A DNA stretch of 64,000 nt from an uncultured Chloroflexia bacterium (GTDB lineage: Bacteria; Chloroflexota; Limnocylindria; Limnocylindrales; CSP1-4), in assembly GCA_963828165.1 (NCBI GenBank), contig CAWHDR010000001.1:2784001-2848000 (forward strand). Reading direction: 5' to 3'. Shown in pieces: positions 23,764 through 33,292 of the stretch. Position numbers and translations under genes: made by a program. The notes below the pieces were generated by a model. That model searched no databases. It worked only from the letters and a program-made list of their open reading frames with translations, and was not told the DNA's origin. Each line of letters begins with the position of its first letter. Position 1 is the stretch's first letter.

Positions 23764-23792
23764 GGACGAGCCGGATAGGGAAGAGGAGGACC

Positions 23793-24285
23793 ATGGCAGG
23801 CGATGCCTCATTCGACGTCGTGAGCGACTTCGACGAACAGGAACTGCGCAACGCGCTCGATCAGGTCCGGCGTGAGGTCGGCCAGCGCTTCGACTTCAAG
23901 GGCGTCACGGTCGACCTCGCGCAGGCGAAGGAGGAGATCGTCCTCGTCACGGACGACGAGCATCGCGCCAGCGCGGTCAAGGACCTCATCGAATTCGAAG
24001 GCGATCAAGCGAAACCTGTCGCTCAAGATCTTCGATTGGGGCAAGGTCGAACCGGCCGGCGGCAACAAGGTGCGCCAGGAGATCAAGCTGCGACGCGGAC
24101 TGCCCGAGGATCTCGCCAAACGCATCACGAAACTGATCCGCGACGAATTCCCCAAGGCCAAGTCGCAGATCCAGGGTGACGCGGTCCGCGTCACGAGCAA
24201 GAGCAAGGACGAGCTGCAGAAGGTCATCACTCGCCTGCGCGAGCTCGATGAGGCCGTCCCGCTGCAATTCCAGAACTACCGCTGA
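23793..24285 (+). CDS. yajQ: YajQ family nucleotide/c-di-GMP-binding protein (extra T at ~23994)
   Basis: SFDVVS...NALDQ...RFDFKG, then the next frame reads KAIKRNL...[18 protein letters not shown]...PLQFQNYR. Confidence 0.92.
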
Positions 24286-24293
24286 GGTGATCG

Positions 24294-24398
24294 GTGTTAC
24301 CTGGATCTCGATACGCCCGCGTCGTGATGGTCATCGTGACGGTCGTGATCGTGCTCGGCCTGATCGCCTCGGCCGTGGCCTATCCGATCGCGTTCTGA
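24294..24398 (+). CDS. 34-aa single-pass membrane peptide (below ORF-track cutoff)
   Basis: MLPGSRYARVVMVIVTVVIVLGLIASAVAYPIAF; SD GAGGTG; GC3-rich codons; fills the gap after yajQ. Confidence 0.7.
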   Translation: MLPGSRYARVVMVIVTVVIVLGLIASAVAYPIAF

Positions 24399-24423
24399 GC
24401 CTGTCCACATCATGGAACGCCTC

Positions 24424-26553
24424 ATGACCGAGCCCGTGACCGAGACGCCCGGGACGCCCGCGGCCGATCCGATGACCGACGCGCCGGACGGCACGCCGCT
24501 CGAGGCCCTCGGGCAGCCGGGCGGCGAGCCGGATCCGCCGACGGTTCCGCAGGAGGCCCCGCAGGAGGCCCCCGGTGAGCAGCCTTCGATCGACGCGCCA
24601 CCGGGCGAGCCGCCGGGCTCGCCCGAACCAACCCCGCCCGAGCCGCCCGGCGAGCCGCAAGAGCCGCCGTGGAGGCCGCCGGACGAACCCCGACCGCCGC
24701 CGATGGAGGCACCGGGGGCGCCCGGCCAGCCCCCGGCCATCGAGGCCACCGAGGCGCTGACGGTTGCGGCGACCGTAGAGGCGCCCGCTGCAGCCCCGGC
24801 CGCGGAGGCGCCGGCCGCAGAGGCGCCGACCGCAGAGGCGCCCGCTGCAGCGCCGCCGCCCGCGGAGGCACCCGCGGCCGAGGGCCCGCGGACCGTCGGT
24901 CGCCTCATCGCCGACGCCCTGCGCAGCGCAGGTGTCCGCTACGCCTTCACCGTGCCTGGCGAATTGTTCCTCGGCCTCCTCGACGCGCTCGGTGATGCCG
25001 GCATCCGCGTCGTCGCGACGCGTCACGAGGGTGGCGCCGCATTCATGGCCGAGGCCCACGGCCAGCTCACCGGCCGACCCGCCGCCTGCCTTGGTACCCG
25101 TGGGGTCGGGGCCGCGAATCTGGCGATCGGCATCCACACGGCACGCCAGGACTCGACCCCGATGTTCGCGATCATCGGCCAGGTCGAGACCGCGCATCGC
25201 GGGCACGAGGCGTTCCAGGAGATCGAACCGATCGCCACGATCGGCGGACTCGCGAAATGGGCGGCGGAGCCCAGCGAGCCAGGCGACGTCGCCCCGGTCA
25301 TGTCCGAGGCGATCCGGCAGGCGCTCGGCGGGCGGCCCGGGCCGGTGCTCCTGTCCTTCGCGGAGGACCTGCTCGATCGGCCGGCGCCCGTCGAAGCGAG
25401 AGTGGAAGCCGGGCGACCGGGCCCGGCGCGTCCCGCCGACGAGGACCTGCGAGCCGTCATCGAGCTGCTCGCCTCGGCCGAGCGTCCGGTCATCCTCGCG
25501 GGAGGCGGCATCCTGCGCGCCCGCACGTCGACCGAGCTGTTGCGATTCGCGGAACTGCTGCAGGTCCCGGTCATCGCCGCCTGGCGTCGAGGCGATGTGG
25601 TCTCGAACGACCACCCGCTGTTTCTCGGGATGGCGGGCTTTGGTGCGGCCGCATCTGTGCGCGACCGCCTTGCCGCCGCCGACGCGATGCTCGTCATCGG
25701 CTGCCGTCTGAACGAACCCACCTCGTACGACGATTCGATCCCGGCGGAGACGACCCGCTGGGCCCATGTCGACCTCGAGCCTGCGCGAGCCGAAGGCCTG
25801 CGCGTGCCGACCATGACGGTGGCCGCCGACGCGCGCGCGTTCCTGCGTGCCGCCAACGAGCGGCTGCTCGGCAAGGCCGTGCTCGATGCCGCCCTGGTCG
25901 CGCGTCGCCAGGAACACAACGTCACCGACCGCGCCGCCTGGGAGGCCGCCACGATCGTAGACGCCGATGCGGATGCCTGGACCGGACCCGGCGTCCACCC
26001 GGGACGCGTCATCACGACGCTGCGACGCGTCCTGCCCGACGACGCGATCGTCACGACGGACGCGGGTAATTTCGCCGGCTGGGCCGGTCGTGGCTACCGG
26101 TTCCGCAAGCCCGGCACCTTCCTCGGGCCGACGTCCGGGGCGATGGGCTACGGCGTGCCGGCCGCGATCGCCGCGTCGCTGGTGCACCGCGACCGCCCCG
26201 TGGTCGCCCTCGTCGGAGACGGCGGGATGGCGATGACGATGGCCGAGCTCGAGACCGCGGTCCGCGAGGGCTCCCGCGTCATCGTCCTGGTGTTCGACAA
26301 CGAGCGCTTCGGCACCATCCGGATGTGGCAGGAGTCCCGCGGGACCGGCGAGGGCGTGGCGACGGAGCTCGGATCGATCGACTTCGCGGGCATCGGCCGC
26401 GCCCTCGGCGCCCGTGGCGTGCACGTGGAGCGCGATGCCGACCTCGAACCCGCGCTCCGCCAGGCGCTCGTCGAGGAGCGCTCGACGGTCGTCCACCTCG
26501 CGCTGGATCGCGCCTGGGTGTCGGTGGACCAGCCCGCAGTCCCGACCGGCTAA
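24424..26553 (+). CDS. ThDP-dependent enzyme (acetolactate synthase large subunit-like) with Pro/Glu/Ala-rich N-terminal extension
   Basis: TRHEGGAAFMA, EAFQE, GAMGYGVPAAI, GDGG..M..ELET...FDN. Confidence 0.9.
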   Translation: MTEPVTETPGTPAADPMTDAPDGTPLEALGQPGGEPDPPTVPQEAPQEAPGEQPSIDAPPGEPPGSPEPTPPEPPGEPQEPPWRPPDEPRPPPMEAPGAPGQPPAIEATEALTVAATVEAPAAAPAAEAPAAEAPTAEAPAAAPPPAEAPAAEGPRTVGRLIADALRSAGVRYAFTVPGELFLGLLDALGDAGIRVVATRHEGGAAFMAEAHGQLTGRPAACLGTRGVGAANLAIGIHTARQDSTPMFAIIGQVETAHRGHEAFQEIEPIATIGGLAKWAAEPSEPGDVAPVMSEAIRQALGGRPGPVLLSFAEDLLDRPAPVEARVEAGRPGPARPADEDLRAVIELLASAERPVILAGGGILRARTSTELLRFAELLQVPVIAAWRRGDVVSNDHPLFLGMAGFGAAASVRDRLAAADAMLVIGCRLNEPTSYDDSIPAETTRWAHVDLEPARAEGLRVPTMTVAADARAFLRAANERLLGKAVLDAALVARRQEHNVTDRAAWEAATIVDADADAWTGPGVHPGRVITTLRRVLPDDAIVTTDAGNFAGWAGRGYRFRKPGTFLGPTSGAMGYGVPAAIAASLVHRDRPVVALVGDGGMAMTMAELETAVREGSRVIVLVFDNERFGTIRMWQESRGTGEGVATELGSIDFAGIGRALGARGVHVERDADLEPALRQALVEERSTVVHLALDRAWVSVDQPAVPTG

Positions 26554-27407
26554 CCGTCGCGCCGCGCCAGCACGGAGAACGAGAGGGGGATCCGGCCGCG
26601 TTCGTCGGGGCGTACGTCGGCGTGGCCGCCCCACCAGTCGGTCGGGTGCTCGGCGAACCGTTCGACGCGGAGCCCGGAACCCAGGATGGCCGTCACGATC
26701 TCGCCGAGCGTCCAGGCCCGGGCGAACTTCCAGGCCTGGTGGTCGTCGTCGATCGAGAGGCGGTCGATGTACTCGGGCGCCCAGCCCTTGGACGCCTCGG
26801 GCCCCGCGAAGTAGTCGTAGTCCGTCGCGACCCAGGCACCGTCCGCATCGACGTCGAACAGCCACTCCGCGGGATGACCCTCGAACAGGACGAGCCGGCC
26901 ACCCGGGGCCAGCAAGCGGTACAGCACGGCCGCCCACGCATCGAGGTCCTGCAGCCACATCAGCGAGCCACGACCCGTGTAGACGAGGTCGGCCGTCCCA
27001 TCGAGCTCATGCGGCGTGTCGAGGACGTCGGCTTCGATCCAGCGGGCGGGCGCCCGGACGGTCGCCGAGAGGCGCTCCGCCAGCGCGAGCATGCGCGGGC
27101 TGAAGTCGACGCCGATGACCTCGTCGGCACCCAGGTTCCACAGTGAGAGCGTGTCGCGACCGCCGGCACATTGCAGGTGGATCGCCCGCCGGCACCGTCC
27201 GCGCAGGTCGCCGATGAGCTCGAGCTCCGGGGGGAGGAGGTTCGTGCCACCCGCGGCGATGACCTCGACCGCTTCGGCGAACCAGCCCTCATAGCGCTCG
27301 GCGGCTTCGTCCCACGCCTGGCGGTTCGCAGCGTGCATGCCTCGCGGATCGGCTCGCTCAGCGGGCGTCGCAGGGCGTACGTGCGGGTTCGGGTCATCGG
27401 CGCGCAT
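26550..27407 (-). CDS. Class I SAM-dependent methyltransferase
   Basis: HLQCAGGRDTLS, GVDFS, LAPGGRLVLFEGHP. Confidence 0.85.
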   Translation of the reverse strand: MRADDPNPHVRPATPAERADPRGMHAANRQAWDEAAERYEGWFAEAVEVIAAGGTNLLPPELELIGDLRGRCRRAIHLQCAGGRDTLSLWNLGADEVIGVDFSPRMLALAERLSATVRAPARWIEADVLDTPHELDGTADLVYTGRGSLMWLQDLDAWAAVLYRLLAPGGRLVLFEGHPAEWLFDVDADGAWVATDYDYFAGPEASKGWAPEYIDRLSIDDDHQAWKFARAWTLGEIVTAILGSGLRVERFAEHPTDWWGGHADVRPDERGRIPLSFSVLARRDG

Positions 27408-27445
27408 GCGCGTGAGTCTACGGCGCGTCACTCGCGTGACAGGTC

Positions 27446-27476
27446 GTTGACACAACAACTACCTTGGCAGTAGCAT
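27446..27476 (+). promoter_or_regulatory. Promoter of the pirin gene with overlapping short inverted repeat
   Basis: TTGACA-18 nt-TAGCAT; GTTG-N6-CAAC over the -35. Confidence 0.5.
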
Positions 27477-27505
27477 GATGACAACACCAAAGGAGCTCGA
27501 AACCC

Positions 27506-28516
27506 ATGCCCGCTGTCGTCGTCGAAGACATCACCGTCCTGCCGAGGATCCCCGCACCGGATCCGGCGGTCGCGCAGGAGCGGACCATCCGCAGCATCAC
27601 GAACGCTCCGCACGGCTTCGAAGGGGAGGGGTTCCCCGTCCGCCGCGCCTTCGCCGGCGTGGCGCTCGAGGACCTCGATCCGTTCGTCCACCTGGACCAG
27701 ATGGGCGAGGTCGAATACGCGCCGGGCGAACCCAAGGGAACGCCGTGGCACCCGCATCGCGGCTTCGAGACGGTCACGTACATGATCGACGGCACGTTCG
27801 AGCACCAGGATTCGAACGGCGGCGGTGGGCTCATCACCAACGGCGACACGCAGTGGATGACCGCCGGCTCGGGGATCCTCCACATCGAGAAGCCGCCGGA
27901 GGCGCTGGTCCTGAGTGGGGGCTTGTTCCACGGCTTCCAGCTCTGGGTCAACCTCCCGGCCGACCAGAAATGGTCGGCGCCCCGCTACCAGGACATCAGG
28001 GCGCGGGAGGTGGCGCTGCTGTCGTCGCCGGATGGTGGGGCCCTGGTCCGGGTCATCGCCGGCGAGGTCGCTGGCCATGCCGGGCCGGGCTCGACGTACA
28101 GCCCGATGACGCTCGTCCATGCCACGCTGAGTCCCGGCGCTCGCCTCTCGCTGCCGTGGCGACCCGACTACAACGCCCTCGTCTACGTCATGGCGGGGCA
28201 GGGGAGCATCGGCACGGATGGCCGTCCGATCGCCACGGGCCAGCTTGCCGTCATGGGTCCGGGCGACGCGCTGACCGTGTCGGCCTCGACCCAGCAGGAG
28301 CAGCGCAGCCCCAGCCTCGACGTGCTGATCCTGGGCGGCCGACCGATCCGCGAGCCCGTCGCCTGGATGGGCCCGTTCGTGATGAACACGCGCGAGGAAG
28401 TCCTCCAGGCGGTCGCCGACTACCAGGCCGGTCGCCTGGGCAGCATCCCGGCGGTGCACAACACGCCGTCGACGCTCATCCAGACCGACCGCTCTACCGC
28501 GAGCGAGCCCGGCTGA
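27506..28516 (+). CDS. Pirin family protein
   Basis: WHPHRGFETVTY, QWMTAGSGILHIE, QLWVNLP, GPFVMNT. Confidence 0.95.
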   Translation: MPAVVVEDITVLPRIPAPDPAVAQERTIRSITNAPHGFEGEGFPVRRAFAGVALEDLDPFVHLDQMGEVEYAPGEPKGTPWHPHRGFETVTYMIDGTFEHQDSNGGGGLITNGDTQWMTAGSGILHIEKPPEALVLSGGLFHGFQLWVNLPADQKWSAPRYQDIRAREVALLSSPDGGALVRVIAGEVAGHAGPGSTYSPMTLVHATLSPGARLSLPWRPDYNALVYVMAGQGSIGTDGRPIATGQLAVMGPGDALTVSASTQQEQRSPSLDVLILGGRPIREPVAWMGPFVMNTREEVLQAVADYQAGRLGSIPAVHNTPSTLIQTDRSTASEPG

Positions 28517-28528
28517 CGTACCCGCCGT

Positions 28529-29287
28529 TCAGTCGAGCGCGTCGACGACGGTCGTCTCGCCCGGGCCCAGGACCCGGAGCTCCGTCTCCGGTGCGAGGGT
28601 GGCACAGGCGGCCCTGAAGCGGATCGCGGGCCGTTCCTGTGGTCCTCCCCAGACCCGCGCCAGCCCGGCCGGATAGAGCGTGCCCCAGTGGATGGGGACG
28701 ACGACCCGGGCCCCGATCATGCCGGCCAGCCTGGCGGCCCCACGCGGCCCGAGATGCCACGGCGCAGAATGCGGCCCCCAGCTGCCGATCGGGAGGAGCG
28801 CGACGTCCACCCGTCCCGCCAGCGCCCGCAGCCCCGCGAAGGCGGACGTGTCGCCAGCGAAGTAGACGCTCGGTGTGCCCTCCACGAGGTATCCGAGCGC
28901 GCCAGCCGATGGGTAGCGGGGCCACCGTCCATGGTGTGCCGGCACGGCCGTGACGCCCACCCCTCCGATGTCGGCCTGCTCGTGCTCTGCGAGCTCCCTC
29001 GCACGAAAACCCATGCGCTTCGCGACCTTGCCGAGACCTGCGGGCACGATGATCAACGGATCGCCTTCCAATCCGGCCAGTGACGACCGGTCGAAGTGGT
29101 CCGGGTGAGCGTGCGACAGCAGGACGGCGTCGATACGTCCGATCGCCGCCGTGTCCACCGACCGACCGCTGCGACGCAGCGGCCCCAGTCGATCGCGCAG
29201 GAACGGATCGGTCAGGAACCGAAGTCCGCCGGTTTCGAGGAGCACCGTGGAGTGGCCGATCCAAGTGAGCCGCAGGGGTTCAGGCAC
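28529..29287 (-). CDS. Metallo-beta-lactamase-fold hydrolase
   Basis: WIGHST, SHAHPDHFD, YFAGDT, PIHWGT. Confidence 0.9.
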   Translation of the reverse strand: MPEPLRLTWIGHSTVLLETGGLRFLTDPFLRDRLGPLRRSGRSVDTAAIGRIDAVLLSHAHPDHFDRSSLAGLEGDPLIIVPAGLGKVAKRMGFRARELAEHEQADIGGVGVTAVPAHHGRWPRYPSAGALGYLVEGTPSVYFAGDTSAFAGLRALAGRVDVALLPIGSWGPHSAPWHLGPRGAARLAGMIGARVVVPIHWGTLYPAGLARVWGGPQERPAIRFRAACATLAPETELRVLGPGETTVVDALD

Positions 29288-29921
29288 CCAGGATGGCGCG
29301 CCAGCCGCGTCGTTCGCGGGTCGCCTTCTGCCGAGGAGCCCGCGTGAGGATGTACATGGCGCCGACGACGGCGCCGATCCACGTACCGACGATGTCGTCC
29401 ATCGTGTCCTCGTACGTGAGGTCCATGCCCCCCTGGCCAAGCCGCCACGCCACGTACTCCATCGTCTCCCAGAGTGTCTCCCCGGCGATGGCGATCGCGC
29501 CTCCGGCCAGGGCCGCCTGCCACCGCTCATCCACGTGAGGCGCGATCAGGGACCCGCTGACACCCGCAAGGAGTGCGGCGTTCGCCACGTGGACGGCATC
29601 ATCGACCCGTACTTGCTCGTACACACCGAACGCGTTGCCAGCAGCATCCGCGAGCAGTGGCAGCGTCACCGCGAGATCGAGGGCTCGCGGGTACGGATCC
29701 CTGGGACCGGGCAGCACCCGCCAGGCGATCGGGACGAGGAGCAGCGCCGCGCTGTACCCGATGGCTCGCGTCCGGATCGCCTTGCCGCGCAGTCGGGGCG
29801 ACGCGTGATGGAGCAGGGCATCGATCCCGAAGCCGACCGTGGCGATTTTGGCGCCCAGGGTCAAGGCGTCGAGGGCGCGCTCGCTGCGAGTCGTGGGGCT
29901 GCGGTCAGGTGTCGGATTCAC
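29280..29921 (-). CDS. Integral membrane protein (DUF2238-like)
   Basis: Several TM segments; DDAVH, WETMEY, DTMDD pattern. Confidence 0.65.
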   Translation of the reverse strand: MNPTPDRSPTTRSERALDALTLGAKIATVGFGIDALLHHASPRLRGKAIRTRAIGYSAALLLVPIAWRVLPGPRDPYPRALDLAVTLPLLADAAGNAFGVYEQVRVDDAVHVANAALLAGVSGSLIAPHVDERWQAALAGGAIAIAGETLWETMEYVAWRLGQGGMDLTYEDTMDDIVGTWIGAVVGAMYILTRAPRQKATRERRGWRAILGA

Positions 29922-30027
29922 GGTCCGCGTAGCCTGCGTCGGGTCGGCTCACATCGGTGGTCCATGGCCATACCGTACCCTTGCACGCGCGAACCAGGTG
30001 CGTGCGGTCAAGCCGCCACGTCGGAGC

Positions 30028-30444
30028 TCAGGGCACGATCCGTTTCCGCGCATCGACGCCCTGGATCCCACGCTCGGTGAGCGCCGCCGCGAATCCCTCG
30101 AGATCGTCGACGGTGACGTACAGCGCCGGGACCCGGAACGGCCCGACCCGGACGCGCTCCACGAAGTCCAAGCGGACGCCGCCGTGGTGCGATCCCCCGA
30201 ACGTGATGTCCCGGTGGCGGACGCTCATCCGCACGCCGATCGCCGTGATCCAGAGCCACGGGCCCTCGATGCGCCAGCCGATGATGTTCGCCAGGGGCGT
30301 TACGCAGCGGAACCGCCCGAACCGTGCCTCCAGGTCGTCCTCGCGCAGCTCCACCCAGGCATCGTCGGGCCCGCCGACCCCGAACAGGCGGAGCAGCGGC
30401 CGCGATCGTCTGCCGAGGCGGATGGGGAACCGCATGGTTGGCAC
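30028..30444 (-). CDS. Hypothetical protein
   Basis: Coding-like ORF; TAGCCT 6 nt before the GTG start. Confidence 0.7.
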   Translation of the reverse strand: MPTMRFPIRLGRRSRPLLRLFGVGGPDDAWVELREDDLEARFGRFRCVTPLANIIGWRIEGPWLWITAIGVRMSVRHRDITFGGSHHGGVRLDFVERVRVGPFRVPALYVTVDDLEGFAAALTERGIQGVDARKRIVP

Positions 30445-30538
30445 CCGGGCAGGCTAGCGGCTCAGGATCGGGCCGTCCAACGTGGGACGGTGCGACCGCG
30501 CGGCTGCCCCGACGGCACGCCTTCGGTATCGTGGTGCG

Positions 30539-31066
30539 ATGCCGCCGTCGACCTCCCAGCTCCGGCTGCGCCCGTACACGGACGAGGATCGCTGGCTGAC
30601 CGAAACGATCGAGACGAGCCCCGTCATGATGGCCGACCTGGGCGGCCCTCTCCCCGAGGCCGACATCCCGGGGATCCACGCCCGGCGGCTCGAAGGGATG
30701 GCCGCAGACCGGCTGTGGTACTTCACCGTGGAGCTCGAACCTGAGGGCACGGCGGTCGGCACGATCTGCCTGTGGTCCGACGCCGTGGCTGGCGAGCTGC
30801 GCAGCGAGGCCGGTTGGGCGATCCTTCATGAGTACCAGGGTCGCGGCCTCGCAACGGAGGCCTTGCGACTCCTCATCGCGCAGGCCCGCGAGGACGGGCG
30901 GTGGGGCGACATCCACGCCTTCCCGGGCGTCTCGAACGGCCCATCCAATGCGGTCTGCCGGAAGAACGGCTTCGAGAATGTGGGGGAGGAGACCGTCCTC
31001 TACGCGGGCCGGCGGTTGGCCTGCAACCACTGGGTACTCGATGCCGAGGCACACCCGGCGGGTTGA
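30539..31066 (+). CDS. RimJ/RimL-type GNAT acetyltransferase
   Basis: YQGRGLATEAL, NGPSNAVCRKNGF. Confidence 0.88.
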   Translation: MPPSTSQLRLRPYTDEDRWLTETIETSPVMMADLGGPLPEADIPGIHARRLEGMAADRLWYFTVELEPEGTAVGTICLWSDAVAGELRSEAGWAILHEYQGRGLATEALRLLIAQAREDGRWGDIHAFPGVSNGPSNAVCRKNGFENVGEETVLYAGRRLACNHWVLDAEAHPAG

Positions 31067-31137
31067 CGACAGGGGCCCGCCCCGCGCCGCATGGTCATCC
31101 TGAGAGAGCGCGGGCATCCACCCGCCGAGAACAGGGC

Positions 31138-31166
31138 TTGTCATCCATTGGCGCGGATGGCACACT
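31138..31166 (+). promoter_or_regulatory. Putative sigma70 promoter of the leader peptide-sulfurtransferase transcript
   Basis: TTGTCA-17 nt-CACACT. Confidence 0.6.
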
Positions 31167-31175
31167 CCGCACACG

Positions 31176-31250
31176 ATGTACCGTCACACGATCGCCAAGC
31201 GCCGCTGTCTGTGTCCCACCCACGCCGAGCAGGGCAGGTGGTGTATCTAG
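31176..31250 (+). CDS. Cys-containing leader peptide (24 aa)
   Basis: MYRHTIAKRRCLCPTHAEQGRWCI; three TGT codons; lies between promoter and terminator. Confidence 0.75.
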   Translation: MYRHTIAKRRCLCPTHAEQGRWCI

Positions 31251-31290
31251 GCGTGCGATCCGCGTAACCCGCACGCCGCTCACCCCACCG

Positions 31291-31320
31291 GACCCCTGCA
31301 TTGGCAGGGGTTTTCGTTTT
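31291..31320 (+). terminator. Attenuator terminator upstream of the sulfurtransferase
   Basis: GACCCCTGC-ATTG-GCAGGGGTT followed by TTCGTTTT. Confidence 0.85.
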
Positions 31321-31357
31321 GTCCGGCATCCACGACCACCATTGAGGGACACACGGA

Positions 31358-32695
31358 ATGACCATCCTCCACGAGATCGCGAGCACGACCACCACGATCT
31401 CTACCGCTGAACTCCGTGATCGACTGGGCGATCCGCGATTGACGGTGATCGATGCCCGTCCGCTGACCGGCTACAACGGCTGGCGCCTGGAGGGCGAGGC
31501 CCGCGGCGGCCATCTCCCCGGCGCCGTCGCGTTCCCGAGCGCCTGGCTCACCAGCGTCGATCAACCCGAGATCCGCCGCATCCTCGACGAGAAGGGGGTC
31601 GTCGCGGAGCGGGACGTCGTCGTGTACGGCACCCGGCCCGATGACGCCGAAACCGTCGCCACGGCCCTGGCCGCGCTCGGCATCGAGAACGTCCGCATCT
31701 ACGCCGACGGCTTCTCCGCCTGGGCAGCCGATCCAGACCTGCCGCTCGAACGCCTCCCGAAGTACGACAAGCTCGTACACATCGACTGGCTACGCCGGGT
31801 GCTCGCGGGCGAGCGCCCAGAGGCTGCCCCGGAGGGCAAGTTCCTGCTCTTCCACGTGAACTTCGGGGTGCCCGAGGAATACGCTGAAGGCCACATCCCG
31901 GGGGCCCACTACCTTGATACGAACTGGCTCGAAGATCCGGCCGACTGGAACCGGCGGTCCCCTGAGGCGCTCGAGACCGCGCTGCGTGCCCTCGGGATCA
32001 CACACGACACGACCGTCGTGGTCTATGGCCGCGATACGGAGGGCCACGCGAACGAGAAGTGGCCCGGGCGTCGGGCTGGCCAGATCGCCGCAACCCGTGC
32101 GTTGATGATCCTGCGCTACGCAGGCGTCGACGACGTCCGCCTCCTCGACGGTGGGTACGACTGGTGGGTCAGGACCGGCAATCCGCTCCAGATCGAGCCC
32201 GTCGAGCCGACACCGGTGGGGGCCTTCGGGGTGCAGATCCCGCTTCGGCCGGAGGTCATCGTCGACATCGAAGAGGCCAAGCAGATCATCGCCGACCCCG
32301 CCGGAGCCGCGCTGGTCAGCATCCGCACGTGGCGCGAGCACATCGGCAATGTCAGTGGCTACAACTACATCGGTCCAGCGGGTCGGATCAAGGGCGACGT
32401 CTGGGGCAACTGCGGCACCGACGCCTACCACATGCAGCATTACCGCAACGTCGACAACACGATGCGCGCGTACCCCGAGATCACGGCCAACTGGGCCGAG
32501 GCCGGGATCACGGCCGACAAGTGGGTCGCGTTCTACTGCGGCACCGGGTGGCGGGCCAGCGAGACCTGGTTCTACGCGTACCTCCATGACTGGCCGCGGG
32601 TGGCGGTCTACGACGGCGGCTGGTTCGAGTGGAGCCAGGACCCGATCAACAACCCCATCGAGATCGGTGAGCCCGTCGAGGTGGACGCCGCCTGA
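31358..32695 (+). CDS. Three-domain rhodanese/thiosulfate sulfurtransferase (YnjE-like, no signal peptide)
   Basis: GHLPGA, GHIPGA, active-site FYCGTGWRASE, VYDGGWFEW. Confidence 0.92.
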   Translation: MTILHEIASTTTTISTAELRDRLGDPRLTVIDARPLTGYNGWRLEGEARGGHLPGAVAFPSAWLTSVDQPEIRRILDEKGVVAERDVVVYGTRPDDAETVATALAALGIENVRIYADGFSAWAADPDLPLERLPKYDKLVHIDWLRRVLAGERPEAAPEGKFLLFHVNFGVPEEYAEGHIPGAHYLDTNWLEDPADWNRRSPEALETALRALGITHDTTVVVYGRDTEGHANEKWPGRRAGQIAATRALMILRYAGVDDVRLLDGGYDWWVRTGNPLQIEPVEPTPVGAFGVQIPLRPEVIVDIEEAKQIIADPAGAALVSIRTWREHIGNVSGYNYIGPAGRIKGDVWGNCGTDAYHMQHYRNVDNTMRAYPEITANWAEAGITADKWVAFYCGTGWRASETWFYAYLHDWPRVAVYDGGWFEWSQDPINNPIEIGEPVEVDAA

Positions 32696-32868
32696 CCCGC
32701 GAGACGCAGGAGGCAACCCTGGGGTCGCCGTCAGGCGCTCACACAACGTGAACACGACCTTCTGAGCCGCTGGAGTCCGCGCACCGGGGCCGCGCTTGCG
32801 ATACGCGCGCAATCCCGCGTGCACCGGGCTTGACTCCTGTCGTCATCGTTTCGGCGCACCATCGAGCG

Positions 32869-33090
32869 ATGAACGATCGCGACCGTCAGCCAGGCCCGGA
32901 CAAGAGCCCGTCCGGACCGCGCGAAGCGAACGATCCGGGCTCGACTCGATACGGCACGAACTCGGGCTCCGGCGCCAATGAGCCGAAGCACCGGGAGCGT
33001 AAGGAGACCAGCCGGGGCTTCGAGCCGCGCCAGGGCGGCGACCAGACCCGGACGCAGCCGAGCCAGGGCGACCGGAGAAACGGACGATGA
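32869..33090 (+). CDS. Small hydrophilic hypothetical protein
   Basis: CACCAT 6 nt before ATG; ATGA overlap with the next ORF. Confidence 0.5.
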   Translation: MNDRDRQPGPDKSPSGPREANDPGSTRYGTNSGSGANEPKHRERKETSRGFEPRQGGDQTRTQPSQGDRRNGR

Positions 33091-33284
33091 AGGGCAAGCC
33101 CGCATCCGACAGCCGCGAACGCGAGATCCCCGCTCCCAAGTCCGACCCCGGGATGCGCGAGACCGACGATCACGTCATGGGCAGGGCCCCGCGCGGTGAC
33201 ACGCAGCCGGTCGACGACCTGGATCGTGGCGTCGACGACGAGCATCTCAACTCACCGTCGCAGGGCGTCCGCCCCGAACGCTGA
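33087..33284 (+). CDS. Small acidic hypothetical protein
   Basis: SD GGAG; GC3-rich codons. Confidence 0.55.
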   Translation: MKGKPASDSREREIPAPKSDPGMRETDDHVMGRAPRGDTQPVDDLDRGVDDEHLNSPSQGVRPER

Positions 33285-33292
33285 GAGCCAGC

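Noticed and set aside
24540-24885. CRISPR-like or VNTR repeat array
   Set aside because: Short imperfect in-frame coding repeats without unique spacers; no cas genes.
31085-31320. SAM riboswitch or T-box upstream of the sulfurtransferase
   Set aside because: No SAM-I core (ATC.AGAG, GCAACC, GTGC.AA) in order and no T-box sequence; the uORF/antiterminator model fits better.
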